A DNA stretch of 64,000 nt from an uncultured Nitrospirales bacterium (GTDB taxonomy: Bacteria > Nitrospirota > Nitrospiria > Nitrospirales > NS-4), in NCBI GenBank assembly GCA_964542245.1, contig CAZITU010000001.1, forward strand, positions 22,627-86,626. Direction: 5' to 3'. The position numbers were made by a program, and so were the translations under genes. This document shows positions 52,326 through 61,246 of this stretch, piece by piece. Positions within the stretch are counted from its first letter, which is position 1. Every line of letters starts with the position of its first letter. A model generated the notes under the pieces. It saw only the letters and a program-made list of their open reading frames with translations, made no database searches and was not told the DNA's origin.

Positions 52326-53705
52326 TTACGTCCGCTCCGGAACAGGAACCGGTGAGCCCCGCATGGATCGGAAGACGCAGAGCGCACCGGCGGCAGCAAA
52401 AACGGTCAGGATCGGCTCAAGCGGCAGCCGATACTTCACGCCGACGACTGGGCCTGTAATGGCAAGAATGTAGAACCCGACGACGACCAGATACAGCAAG
52501 GCCCCGCTGACTATCAGACGGCGCCCGTCGCGGCACAGGAGCCCCCACACCTGCACGCCACGGACCACAATCGTCACGACGATCGCAGGAATCATCCATG
52601 CAAGGTAGGCGGTGTTGCCTGGATGGCTCAGAAAGTTCCAGACCTTTTCCAGCGACGTCTTGCCTGAAACCTCGTAGAACCTTGGTCGTTCTATGTTGCT
52701 GACCAACGGAACCGAGCTCAAGCTGGGGACGAACAGATTGACCATCACGCCGGCACCCCAGGCCTGAACCAGTTCTCCGAAACCCATTTCCCGCAACGCG
52801 CCGAGAGCGACTTCCATATGCTGCCTGCTGGATTCAAAGGGGTTTTGCGGTTGCCCCTGCTGCCCCTGCTGCCGATACTGAAGCTCCAGTCGGCGGCGCA
52901 TCTCGTCCTGGGTTTGCGTAAAAGGAATGCCGCGGGAGAATTCCCTGGCCAACGGCACGACCCAGTACAGACTGTGGGTGCCCCCCTGGCTCGTCAGGCT
53001 GAAATGTCCATAGGCAGCGGCATTTCTCACCATAAGAGGCCCGACCAGTACCACAAGAGGGACGAAACAGGCAACGACCACCCATCCCATGGCCTTGAGG
53101 CCGACTTTGTGGTGCCAGGCGGCAATCAGGACAGTCGCCAGCAGGAGTGGGACAAAGTAAAGCAGTAACGACCGGGTCAGCAAGGCCACGGCGGAAAACG
53201 CACCGGCCCACAGCGCATCCCGCGTGGTAGGTCGTCGAATGAACCGAGCCATCATCAGCAGATGGGCCGTAAACGGCACAAGGAACAGACTGTCGGGGAG
53301 GATCAGCGCAGCGTGTGCGATAAAATTCAGGTTGCACGCTGCCAAGAGCCCGGCGAGGAGGGCAAGGTCCCGATGGAACTGCGCCGCCAGGAGCCCGATC
53401 AGGAGGCATGTCAGCGAGTCCAGCGCGCATTGCCCCAGCACAGGCCAGATAGGACTCGTACCGAGAAACGTTCGAAAAGCAGCGAGATAGACGACGTAAA
53501 GAGGGGCTCGCTCAGTTTCAGCAATAAATCCCGCCAGAGTCTGGCGATTGAACCCGGCGGAAACGATCATATCGTCGGCGAGCTTTTCATAGAGGCGGGA
53601 ATCCGGCATATAGAGACTTTCGGTATGGGGAATGACGATTCCCAAATAACCCAGCCGCAGTACCAGAGCCAGGACAAGAATGGTCAGTGCGGTCGATCGC
53701 GTCAC
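52326..53705 (-). CDS. GT39/GT83-like (PMT_2/ArnT-like) integral membrane glycosyltransferase
   Basis: About 12 TM helices. The N-terminal loop with DSRLYEKLA resembles the acidic first-loop motif of GT-C transferases. Family assignment is by topology only. Confidence 0.55.
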   Translation of the reverse strand: MTRSTALTILVLALVLRLGYLGIVIPHTESLYMPDSRLYEKLADDMIVSAGFNRQTLAGFIAETERAPLYVVYLAAFRTFLGTSPIWPVLGQCALDSLTCLLIGLLAAQFHRDLALLAGLLAACNLNFIAHAALILPDSLFLVPFTAHLLMMARFIRRPTTRDALWAGAFSAVALLTRSLLLYFVPLLLATVLIAAWHHKVGLKAMGWVVVACFVPLVVLVGPLMVRNAAAYGHFSLTSQGGTHSLYWVVPLAREFSRGIPFTQTQDEMRRRLELQYRQQGQQGQPQNPFESSRQHMEVALGALREMGFGELVQAWGAGVMVNLFVPSLSSVPLVSNIERPRFYEVSGKTSLEKVWNFLSHPGNTAYLAWMIPAIVVTIVVRGVQVWGLLCRDGRRLIVSGALLYLVVVGFYILAITGPVVGVKYRLPLEPILTVFAAAGALCVFRSMRGSPVPVPERT

Positions 53706-53730
53706 TTAAGAGAGCCCTCGCCGGCCATCT

Positions 53731-54846
53731 TCACGGCCCTGAATTCTCCTGATGCAGCGCATCAAACGCGCGAGCCGCACGGCTCAGCGAGAAGTGCTCT
53801 TCAATGCGCCGGCGCGCCCGCTTCCCGCGCTCGGCTCGCTGCGCCGGCGGCTCATTCAGCAGGGTGGTCATCGCAGCGGCAAGCGCCGCCGGATCGCGCG
53901 GGGGAACGACCAGTCCGGTGTCACCGACGACCCGGGCCGCGTCGCCCACGTTCGTCGCCACGGGCGGCAGGCCGCACGCCATCCCTTCGGCAATGGTATT
54001 CGAGAAGCCCTCGCCGAATGCGGAACTGGACACCACGATGTCGCAGGCGGCCAGCAGGCCCGGCACATCGGAGCGCACGCCCAGGCGGTACAGGCCGGGG
54101 AGTTCAGGCAACTGCTCCGTGCCTTCCCCGACAGCCAACGCGCCGACGCCGGACAGTCGCCTGAAGGCGTCGAGAAAACAGGCCTGATCCTTCATCGGAT
54201 CCACCCGCGCCACCATCGCGAGGAGCGGCCTCGCCTGATCAATACCCAGTTCGGCTCTGACGCGCGTCCGGCCGGTCTCGTCCGGACAAAACCGCGCCGT
54301 GTCGATGCCGTTGTCAATGACGTCAAAGCGCCGCGTCCGGTACCCGATCCGCCGATGATAGTCACGGCCGCTCTCCGAGTTTGCGATGATCGCATCCGGC
54401 ACGTGCGACAGACGCGCGCAGGCACGGACCGCCAGGCGAAACGACCACCCATACAGGCCAGGGTCCATATCGGAGCAGCGGATTCCCCAGTACAGGCGGG
54501 TCCGACGCCTTCGGCCGGAAAGGGTCAACGCCAAGGCCGCCATAAGGTTGGCATGATACATCCAGCCCTGAATGACGTGGGGGCGCTGGGCGCGGATCAA
54601 CCGGGTCAAGCGGATGAGGGCTCCGACGCTGGGGCGACCACGGGTCATGCCGAGGTCCGTGACGTCCACCCCTGAGGCTCGCAACCGATCGCACGTGGCG
54701 CCGCCCGGCAGGAGACTGACCACCCGCGCCGATGGCGCACCCGGCCGCTTCGCCAGCACCAGGGAGGCCAACATGCTCTCGGCGCCACCGGTCTGGAGCG
54801 TGGTGATGACGTGGAGCACTTTTCGGTCGGTGTCTGCTACACTCAC
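53731..54846 (-). CDS. glycosyltransferase family 4
   Basis: N-terminal VITTLQTGGAE and C-terminal SSAFGEGFSNTIAEGMACGLPPVATNVG EX7E motif. Confidence 0.8.
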   Translation of the reverse strand: MSVADTDRKVLHVITTLQTGGAESMLASLVLAKRPGAPSARVVSLLPGGATCDRLRASGVDVTDLGMTRGRPSVGALIRLTRLIRAQRPHVIQGWMYHANLMAALALTLSGRRRRTRLYWGIRCSDMDPGLYGWSFRLAVRACARLSHVPDAIIANSESGRDYHRRIGYRTRRFDVIDNGIDTARFCPDETGRTRVRAELGIDQARPLLAMVARVDPMKDQACFLDAFRRLSGVGALAVGEGTEQLPELPGLYRLGVRSDVPGLLAACDIVVSSSAFGEGFSNTIAEGMACGLPPVATNVGDAARVVGDTGLVVPPRDPAALAAAMTTLLNEPPAQRAERGKRARRRIEEHFSLSRAARAFDALHQENSGP

Positions 54847-54849
54847 GGC

Positions 54850-55827
54850 GTGAATTTAAAAGCCTTGGCCAAGCGCAGCGTCGTGATGACGTGCGCCTAC
54901 TACCTCTTCGATGACTGGCGAGTCCGGCGAAGATGGGCAGCCGGCAGACACGTTACGAAATCGGGCACCCGCCACGCGAAGCTGGACCTTCAGGACTCCC
55001 TCGCCTATATCGAGAAAATTCACGCCGACTACCTCCGCTACGCCGGGCTCGATTGCTTCACCGGCACGGTCGCGGAGATCGGCCCAGGCGATAACTTCGG
55101 CCTTGCTCTCCTGTTGCTCGGGCACGGCGCCGACGAAGTGCATGCGATCGATCGGTTCTGGCCGCAACGCGACCCGGCGCGCCAGGCCGCCATCTATGAG
55201 GCGCTCGCGGAGCGACACGGCCTCCAGAACCGCTTCGACGGCCCGCCTGCCGAGAGCACGTTACGCGGCCTTCACTACTACCGGGGGCAAGCGGCAGAAA
55301 CCTTCTTCCGGAAAACACCGCTTCGGTTCGACGCCATCCTCTCGCGCGCGGTCATCGAACATCTCTACGACCCCACGGCGGCGCTCTCCGACATGCTGGG
55401 AGCGCTGCGGCCCGGCGGCATCATGGTCCACCGCATCGACCTGCGCGACCACGGTATGTTCGCGGGGCACCATCCGTTGACCTTCCTGACCATCCACGAG
55501 TCCCTCTACCGGCGCATGACCCGAGGCTCGGGCCGGCCCAACCGAGCGCTGCTGCCGGTGTACCGGGACTGGCTGCGGTCATCAGGCGCCTCCGGCAGCC
55601 TCGAGATCACGCGACTGGCCGGAGTGGAGCAAGAGGTCGGCCCGGCGCTCTGGGAGGATCTCGACGCTACGCTGAAGGCCCGCGCCGTCCATCACGTCGC
55701 CCGCGTTCGCACTGCTCTCGCCGCCCCGTTCAAGGACTGGCCCGACGCCGACCTTGCGGTCAGCGGCTGTCTGCTGGTGGCGCGGAAATCGAAGTGGCAA
55801 TCCAGCTTAATCTGGGTCAAACGATGA
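54850..55827 (+). CDS. class I SAM-dependent methyltransferase (only plus-strand gene in the cluster)
   Basis: VAEIGPGDNFG motif I, VIEHLYDP, LRPGGIMVHRID. The start is uncertain (GTG 54811, GTG 54850 or ATG 54886). Confidence 0.62.
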   Translation: MNLKALAKRSVVMTCAYYLFDDWRVRRRWAAGRHVTKSGTRHAKLDLQDSLAYIEKIHADYLRYAGLDCFTGTVAEIGPGDNFGLALLLLGHGADEVHAIDRFWPQRDPARQAAIYEALAERHGLQNRFDGPPAESTLRGLHYYRGQAAETFFRKTPLRFDAILSRAVIEHLYDPTAALSDMLGALRPGGIMVHRIDLRDHGMFAGHHPLTFLTIHESLYRRMTRGSGRPNRALLPVYRDWLRSSGASGSLEITRLAGVEQEVGPALWEDLDATLKARAVHHVARVRTALAAPFKDWPDADLAVSGCLLVARKSKWQSSLIWVKR

Positions 55828-57642
55828 CGCATAGTCCCGTTTGAACTGCGGGTTCTGCTCCTCCTTGCACAGGAAGCAGGCGCCGATGGCCAGAGCTTCG
55901 ATTTCCGTCCCCATGAAGCAGCGGAAGGCGTCCTCCGGTGTGCACACGATCGGCTCGCCGCGCACGTTGAAGCTGGTGTTGACCAGCACCGGGCAACCGG
56001 TGCGCTTCTTGAACAGCGTGAGGAGGCGGTGGAAAGCCGGATTTGTCTCGGCATGGACCGTCTGTATCCGCGCCGAGTAGTCCACGTGGGTCACCGCCGG
56101 GATTTCGGAACGCGGCACCTTGAGCTTATCGATGCCGAACAACCGCTGCTCCTGCCCGGTCATGGACCGCCGCCTACGCCCGGCCACATCGGCGACCAGG
56201 AGCATGTAAGGACTGTCCACATCGAGATCAAACCAATCCCGGAGATCCTCTCGCAGGACTGCCGGCGCGAAAGGCCTGAATGACTCACGGTATTTCACCT
56301 TGAGGTTCAGTACCGATTGCATTGTGGGTGAGCGCGCATCCCCCAGGATTGACCGTGTCCCGAGCGCCCGAGGCCCGAACTCCATCCGGCCCTGAAACCA
56401 CCCCAGCGCCTTGCCGTCGGCGAGAGCCTCCACGGCCGCCAAAAACAAAGTGTCGTCGTTGAGAACGGAAAACCGCGCCCCTGCCACCGACAGCCGGCGC
56501 TCGATATCGGCCTGTGAGAAGCACGGGCCAAGATATGACCCGCACATGCCGTCTTGAGTCACATTGGGTCGGCGCGGTTGTCCCAGATACAGGTGATAGG
56601 CCGCCAGCGCTGCTCCCAATGCCCCGCCGGCGTCGCCCGCCGCCGGCTGGATCCACAGGCGCGAGAACCGGCCGTCGCGCAAGACTTTCCCATTGGCCAC
56701 ACAATTGAGCGCGACGCCGCCGGCGAGACAGAGATTCTTGAGGCCGGTCTCGGCGGCGATGCCGCGTGTCAAACGCAAGATCGCTTCCTCAAGCACTGTC
56801 TGGATCGACGCTGCCAGATCCATGTGCCGCTGCGTCAAAGGTTCGTCAGGCCCTCGGGCGGGACCCCCGAACAAGGCATCAAACTTGTCATTCGTCATCC
56901 TGAGTCCGGTGCAGTAGTCGAAATACGAAAGGTCCAGGCGAAACGACCCGTCCGGTTTGAGATCAATCAGGTGGTCAAAGATCAGTTGAGCGTATTTCGG
57001 CTCACCGTAAGGAGCCAGACCCATGGCCTTGTACTCACCCGAGTTGACCTTGAACCCCGTGTAGTACGTGAACGCCGAGTAGAGCAGGCCGAGCGAATGG
57101 GGAAAGTGGATCTCCTTCGTGATCTGCAGCTGGTTGCCGCAACCTATGCCGAAAGAGGTCGTTGCCCACTCGCCGACACCATCCATCGTCAGGACCGCCG
57201 CCTGCTCGAACGGCGAAGCAAAGAAGGCGCTTGCTGCGTGGCTTTGGTGATGCTCGGCAAAGAGCAGTTTTTTCTCGCTGTCGAAGTATGGCGAGAAACG
57301 GCTGAGCTCGTCGCGCAACAGCGCCTTCTGGAAGAGTTTCTCCTTGATCCACAGCGGCATCGCCATGCTGAACGAGCGGTAGCCCTGAGGGGCCAGCGCG
57401 ACATAGGTTTCAAGCAGGCGTTCGAACTTGAGGAACGGCTTGTCGTAGAAGACGACGTAATCCACGTCGTCAAGCGAGACCCCCTCCTCCGCCAGACAAT
57501 AGGCGATCGCGTGGCGCGGGAATCGGGCATCAAACTTCTTACGGGTGAAGCGCTCTTCCTGGGCCGCCGCCGCCACTTCACCGTCGCGGACCAGCGCCGC
57601 GGCGCTGTCGTGGTAGAAGGCCGAGATGCCGAGTATACGCAT
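55807..57642 (-). CDS. carbamoyltransferase (NodU/CmcH/SxtI family)
   Basis: MRILGISAFYHDSAAALV...EERFTRKK N-terminal ASKHA-like domain, and C-terminal YrdC/Kae1-like region with NTSFNVRGEPIV. Confidence 0.9.
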   Translation of the reverse strand: MRILGISAFYHDSAAALVRDGEVAAAAQEERFTRKKFDARFPRHAIAYCLAEEGVSLDDVDYVVFYDKPFLKFERLLETYVALAPQGYRSFSMAMPLWIKEKLFQKALLRDELSRFSPYFDSEKKLLFAEHHQSHAASAFFASPFEQAAVLTMDGVGEWATTSFGIGCGNQLQITKEIHFPHSLGLLYSAFTYYTGFKVNSGEYKAMGLAPYGEPKYAQLIFDHLIDLKPDGSFRLDLSYFDYCTGLRMTNDKFDALFGGPARGPDEPLTQRHMDLAASIQTVLEEAILRLTRGIAAETGLKNLCLAGGVALNCVANGKVLRDGRFSRLWIQPAAGDAGGALGAALAAYHLYLGQPRRPNVTQDGMCGSYLGPCFSQADIERRLSVAGARFSVLNDDTLFLAAVEALADGKALGWFQGRMEFGPRALGTRSILGDARSPTMQSVLNLKVKYRESFRPFAPAVLREDLRDWFDLDVDSPYMLLVADVAGRRRRSMTGQEQRLFGIDKLKVPRSEIPAVTHVDYSARIQTVHAETNPAFHRLLTLFKKRTGCPVLVNTSFNVRGEPIVCTPEDAFRCFMGTEIEALAIGACFLCKEEQNPQFKRDYASSFDPD

Positions 57643-57649
57643 AGATGCC

Positions 57650-57799
57650 TCAGAAAATCGTATAGATGAAAGGCGCGACCGCCGACCCCTGGGTCAGCAC
57701 GATCAGGCCACCCAACATCAGCAACATCAGAATGACTGGCAGGAGCCAGTACTTTTTCCGCACGCGCAGGAACGCCCAAAATTCAGCCAGAAAAGACAT
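57650..57799 (-). CDS. DUF5989-like small membrane protein (SxtK-like, 49 aa); not in the supplied track
   Basis: I translated this ORF by hand: MSFLAEFWAFLRVRKKYWLLPVILMLLMLGGLIVLTQGSAVAPFIYTIF. It lies between the carbamoyltransferase (7-nt gap) and the SxtJ-like gene (11-nt gap). Confidence 0.6.
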   Translation of the reverse strand: MSFLAEFWAFLRVRKKYWLLPVILMLLMLGGLIVLTQGSAVAPFIYTIF

Positions 57800-57810
57800 G
57801 TGTTCCCCTG

Positions 57811-58227
57811 CTAAAACTGATTCGTCATCGTCTCCGGAGACGGACCCGGCGGTTCACGTTTAATCCAGTAACTGTCGGCTTCTTGGTCGCGCGACAACCT
57901 GAGCGGGTCCTTGCCAAACAGGCGCATGAGCAGACCTGTGGGCGTGACCACCAGATAGAAAAGGACGCCCATCACGATCGGCGTCGTCACCTTGTTGAGC
58001 AGCAGCCCGAACCGAGTCCAAAGCCGGTTCAACGGCGCGAGAAGCGACGGCCTGGCCAAGGAGGCGATGAGAAACGCGCCGGCGACGACGAGCGCCCAGA
58101 CGCGCGGCGTCCCGCCACGGAGCAGAGGCCAGAGGCCACCCGCCAGAAAGACGGCCGCAAATACCAGACCGAAGGACCGGTCAGACGAGCCGTTAAGTTC
58201 TATGTGTCCTGGACCTGTTTTCATCAC
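57811..58227 (-). CDS. SxtJ family membrane protein
   Basis: SDRSFGLVFAAVF...LNRLWTRFGLLLNKVTTPIVMG...LFGKDPLRL...SYWIKREPPGP matches my recollection of SxtJ-family proteins that accompany carbamoyltransferases. Confidence 0.7.
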   Translation of the reverse strand: MMKTGPGHIELNGSSDRSFGLVFAAVFLAGGLWPLLRGGTPRVWALVVAGAFLIASLARPSLLAPLNRLWTRFGLLLNKVTTPIVMGVLFYLVVTPTGLLMRLFGKDPLRLSRDQEADSYWIKREPPGPSPETMTNQF

Positions 58228-58258
58228 ATGCCTCCACTGCCTCCACTTTGCACCATCG

Positions 58259-59338
58259 CTAAGTCCACTTCTTAATCAGCCTATTAAGAATTTTGCCAAA
58301 TGCGACATCGGCAATCTCAAGCGTATACCGCTCCGGCAGAAGATTTCGTCGCAGGGAAGAGCGCGGACAGGGTGCGACCGCACGCATCGCCGCCACGAAG
58401 GGTTCCCCTGCCTCCGCCACGGTCACCGCGCCGGGCAAGGTCTCGGCAGCGACCTCAAGAATGCCGCCGGCTTCCGGAGTTGCGATGACCGGCGTGCCGC
58501 AAGCAAGCGCCTCCAGCGCCGCATTGGGCATTCCTTCCCAGCGCGAAGGCAGCAGAAAGGCGTCGGCGCCGGCGTAAGCGGGCCAGGGAACCGGATCAAA
58601 CCCCGCAAAGCGGACTCGCCGCTCCACGCCGAGTCGGGCGACCAGCGCGGCCAGCGCACCTGCTTCGGGGCCTTCGCCGAAGATCGTCAGGTGGGGCTCC
58701 CCCGGCACCTTGGCCAACATCTCGAGCAACCGGTCGAAGCCCTTCTGTGGAGTCAACCGACCGGCCGCCGCAAAACGGACTCCGTCACCGGGGATGCGCC
58801 GGGGGACAGCCGCAAGTCGCCGTATGGCGACGACATCCACTGGATTGGCAAGACAGTACAGCCGCGCCTCCGGAACCGAGAAATCACGACGCATCTCCTC
58901 CAGCATCATCCGTGATTGGCAGAGTACGCCATCCGCGTGGGGATAGAACAGTCGGTAGCCGAGATGGAACAGGGTCGGCCATGGCGTGGTCGGCAAGCTA
59001 CGCGAGGGAGTATTGGCTTCGCGCACGAGAATGCGTGGCTTCGGGGTGAGGAAGGGACGCAGCGCGAGGAGTGCAAGGTTAATATAGCCGAGCGTGGAGA
59101 CGATCACCGCCGGTCGCAGCCGACGGAGCGCGGTCACCAGGGCAGCAACCGCGTAGCGAAGCCGCGGTCGCTGCAGATCGTGAACGGCAATATCCGAAGG
59201 AAGAGCCGTCTTGAGAGGTCCCCGCCCATCGAGGACCATGACTTCCGGCCGGAAGCGGTCGCGATCCAGGCCCGCCGCCAGCGACACCAGGACCCGTTCC
59301 GCCCCGCCGCCCGCGAACGAGGGAAGCAGGAAGACCAC
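58259..59338 (-). CDS. glycosyltransferase family 4
   Basis: N-terminal FLLPSFAGGGAERV and C-terminal PSRWEGMPNAALEALACGTPVIAT motif. The start is uncertain: GTG 59338 avoids overlapping the upstream gene, and the track start is 59410. Confidence 0.75.
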   Translation of the reverse strand: MVFLLPSFAGGGAERVLVSLAAGLDRDRFRPEVMVLDGRGPLKTALPSDIAVHDLQRPRLRYAVAALVTALRRLRPAVIVSTLGYINLALLALRPFLTPKPRILVREANTPSRSLPTTPWPTLFHLGYRLFYPHADGVLCQSRMMLEEMRRDFSVPEARLYCLANPVDVVAIRRLAAVPRRIPGDGVRFAAAGRLTPQKGFDRLLEMLAKVPGEPHLTIFGEGPEAGALAALVARLGVERRVRFAGFDPVPWPAYAGADAFLLPSRWEGMPNAALEALACGTPVIATPEAGGILEVAAETLPGAVTVAEAGEPFVAAMRAVAPCPRSSLRRNLLPERYTLEIADVAFGKILNRLIKKWT

Positions 59339-59346
59339 CCGAGGGA

Positions 59347-60543
59347 TTACGCCCGAACCAGTTTCGTCCACACTGCCAACAGATCCGCCGCACGGTCCGG
59401 GCCATGACACAGCCGGGCGACGTGTTGTCGCGCTGCTTCGCTCATAACGGCCAACCGGCTCCGGTCATCACCCAAACCGACGAGCTCGCGGGCCAGGGCT
59501 CCGGCATCGAACGTGGTCTGCAAGATACCGGTTTCGCCGTTTTGCACGAAGCCATCCCATCGGCCGACGGTCAGCACCGGACGCCCAGCGGCAAGCCCCT
59601 CGATAATGTCCCGCCCCCACGGATTGTCTTCGCGTGTTGGCTTGACCAATACATCGCAGGCAGCCAGCACACGTTCCGGGTCCGGCACATGACCAAGGAA
59701 CAGAAACAGATCACCGACGCCGACTTCCTTGACATAGTCTGCAAGAGTGCCTCCACGCCGGCCGATCCTGCCTAAAAGGCCCGGTAGTGACCGTGACAAT
59801 GCCATATGCCCGGCCACCACGAAGAGGAAATCACGCCTGCCCAAGGCGGCCAGCTCGACGGCAATCTCCACCAGACGGTCGGTCCCACGGACCCATGCGA
59901 AGTTGCTGAGCGAGGCGATCTTCAACCGTCCGTCGCGCGGAACGGACTCGTGCGGCAGGACCGTCTCCAGCAGAGCAGCAGCAATGTTGTAGACGACCGT
60001 GCCGTTAGGACGCCCTCCCATCTTGGCGAATCCGCTCTGTTCATTTTCGGTGATGAAAACCAGGTGGTCAACCGCGCGAGAAATGGTCCGCGCGTGATAT
60101 CGCGTGAATACATTGTCGTACTCCCAACAAATCGTGCGAATGTGCATACTGAATGGGACGGAGGTTCGCCTCCTCAACCAAGACGCCAGGAGGAACAGGC
60201 TCTCGTGATTGAAGTGGACCACATCAAAGCGCTTATTGACCTGATGGGCCAGCTCCGTTCTGAACGATTCGGCCCTCCAGAACCGCCAAAGGAAGTAGGC
60301 GTGTTCGAGCATATTGCGGGAAATTGTTGGAAGCGGGCTGACATTGGGCAGCTCCGGCACAATCTGGCAGGGAATACCGCGCTTCCGATACCGTTCTTGT
60401 ATCGGACCGTGCCTGCGACACCACACCTCCGCATAGACAGCCGACCGGTCCATGTGGTTCAGCGATTCGTAGAGGCTGCGCGAGGAGCCTCCGTAGCCTC
60501 CCTCGATGTCCAGGCACAAGACGCGCACAGGTTCAACTTTCAT
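59347..60543 (-). CDS. glycosyltransferase family 4
   Basis: C-terminal GT-B fold pattern ...LVKPTREDNPWGRDIIEGLAAGRPVLT. 4-nt overlap with the WbqC-like gene. Confidence 0.78.
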   Translation of the reverse strand: MKVEPVRVLCLDIEGGYGGSSRSLYESLNHMDRSAVYAEVWCRRHGPIQERYRKRGIPCQIVPELPNVSPLPTISRNMLEHAYFLWRFWRAESFRTELAHQVNKRFDVVHFNHESLFLLASWLRRRTSVPFSMHIRTICWEYDNVFTRYHARTISRAVDHLVFITENEQSGFAKMGGRPNGTVVYNIAAALLETVLPHESVPRDGRLKIASLSNFAWVRGTDRLVEIAVELAALGRRDFLFVVAGHMALSRSLPGLLGRIGRRGGTLADYVKEVGVGDLFLFLGHVPDPERVLAACDVLVKPTREDNPWGRDIIEGLAAGRPVLTVGRWDGFVQNGETGILQTTFDAGALARELVGLGDDRSRLAVMSEAARQHVARLCHGPDRAADLLAVWTKLVRA

Positions 60544-61244
60544 GCCGCCACCACACTTTTGGAAATCAACTCCGCGGTCGCTGACAAGCCGATCCGGAGC
60601 AAAGGATCCACGATAGAAAGCCCTGCTTCAAATGTCGCTCGACCTTGGTCGTATCGCGGATGCAAGAAATTAACATACCGAAAGCCAAGCCCGGCCTTCC
60701 TATATTTTTCAGGGTCCTGGTAGTCGGCAGCCCCTTTGCCGGAAAGGTACGTTGCTGTTGGGTGAATGGTCGCTACCAGAGAGACCAGTCGGTCATCTCT
60801 CCTCTTACCGCCGACGTCCATATCCGACGAAGCCAAGAAGCGACAGCGCAGGTTCATCTCTCGGCAGAGATTCTCCACCAGATACCGGTTAATGGCTGCA
60901 AGGTTAGCTTGGGGAACGCCGAGAAGCAGATCCTTGAGCTTAGGCCAGACAGCTCGGAAAGCAGGCGTGTGAGAATACAGGTTCCGCAACGAATCAAGAT
61001 GACTATTGGGCCAATCCGATACAGCCGGGCGCACCGTATGAATCCCGTCTCCAAAGCTGTAGGACACTGGGATGGTCAACCACCCCGGCCCATTCGGTCC
61101 CAGTATTTTGACTCGGTTTATGTAACTGTTTTTGCTGTACTGGGCGTCATCCAGAAAGATGAACGCATCGGCAGCGGCGATCTTGTGGAAATAGCCCAGC
61201 CATGGGAGATAGTTCGGCTGATGAATCGCAACTGTTGTTTCCAT
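60540..61244 (-). CDS. WbqC family protein
   Basis: The N-terminus VAIHQPNYLPWLGYFHKIAAADAFIFLDDAQYSKNSYINR is characteristic of WbqC-like proteins of O-antigen clusters. Confidence 0.8.
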   Translation of the reverse strand: METTVAIHQPNYLPWLGYFHKIAAADAFIFLDDAQYSKNSYINRVKILGPNGPGWLTIPVSYSFGDGIHTVRPAVSDWPNSHLDSLRNLYSHTPAFRAVWPKLKDLLLGVPQANLAAINRYLVENLCREMNLRCRFLASSDMDVGGKRRDDRLVSLVATIHPTATYLSGKGAADYQDPEKYRKAGLGFRYVNFLHPRYDQGRATFEAGLSIVDPLLRIGLSATAELISKSVVAA

Positions 61245-61246
61245 GT

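Noticed and set aside
50315-52459. 714-aa ORF on the plus strand
   Set aside because: Antisense shadow of asnB (MCGIAG, SGGIDSS motifs on the minus strand). The composition is dominated by Arg/Pro/Gly, with no recognisable domain.
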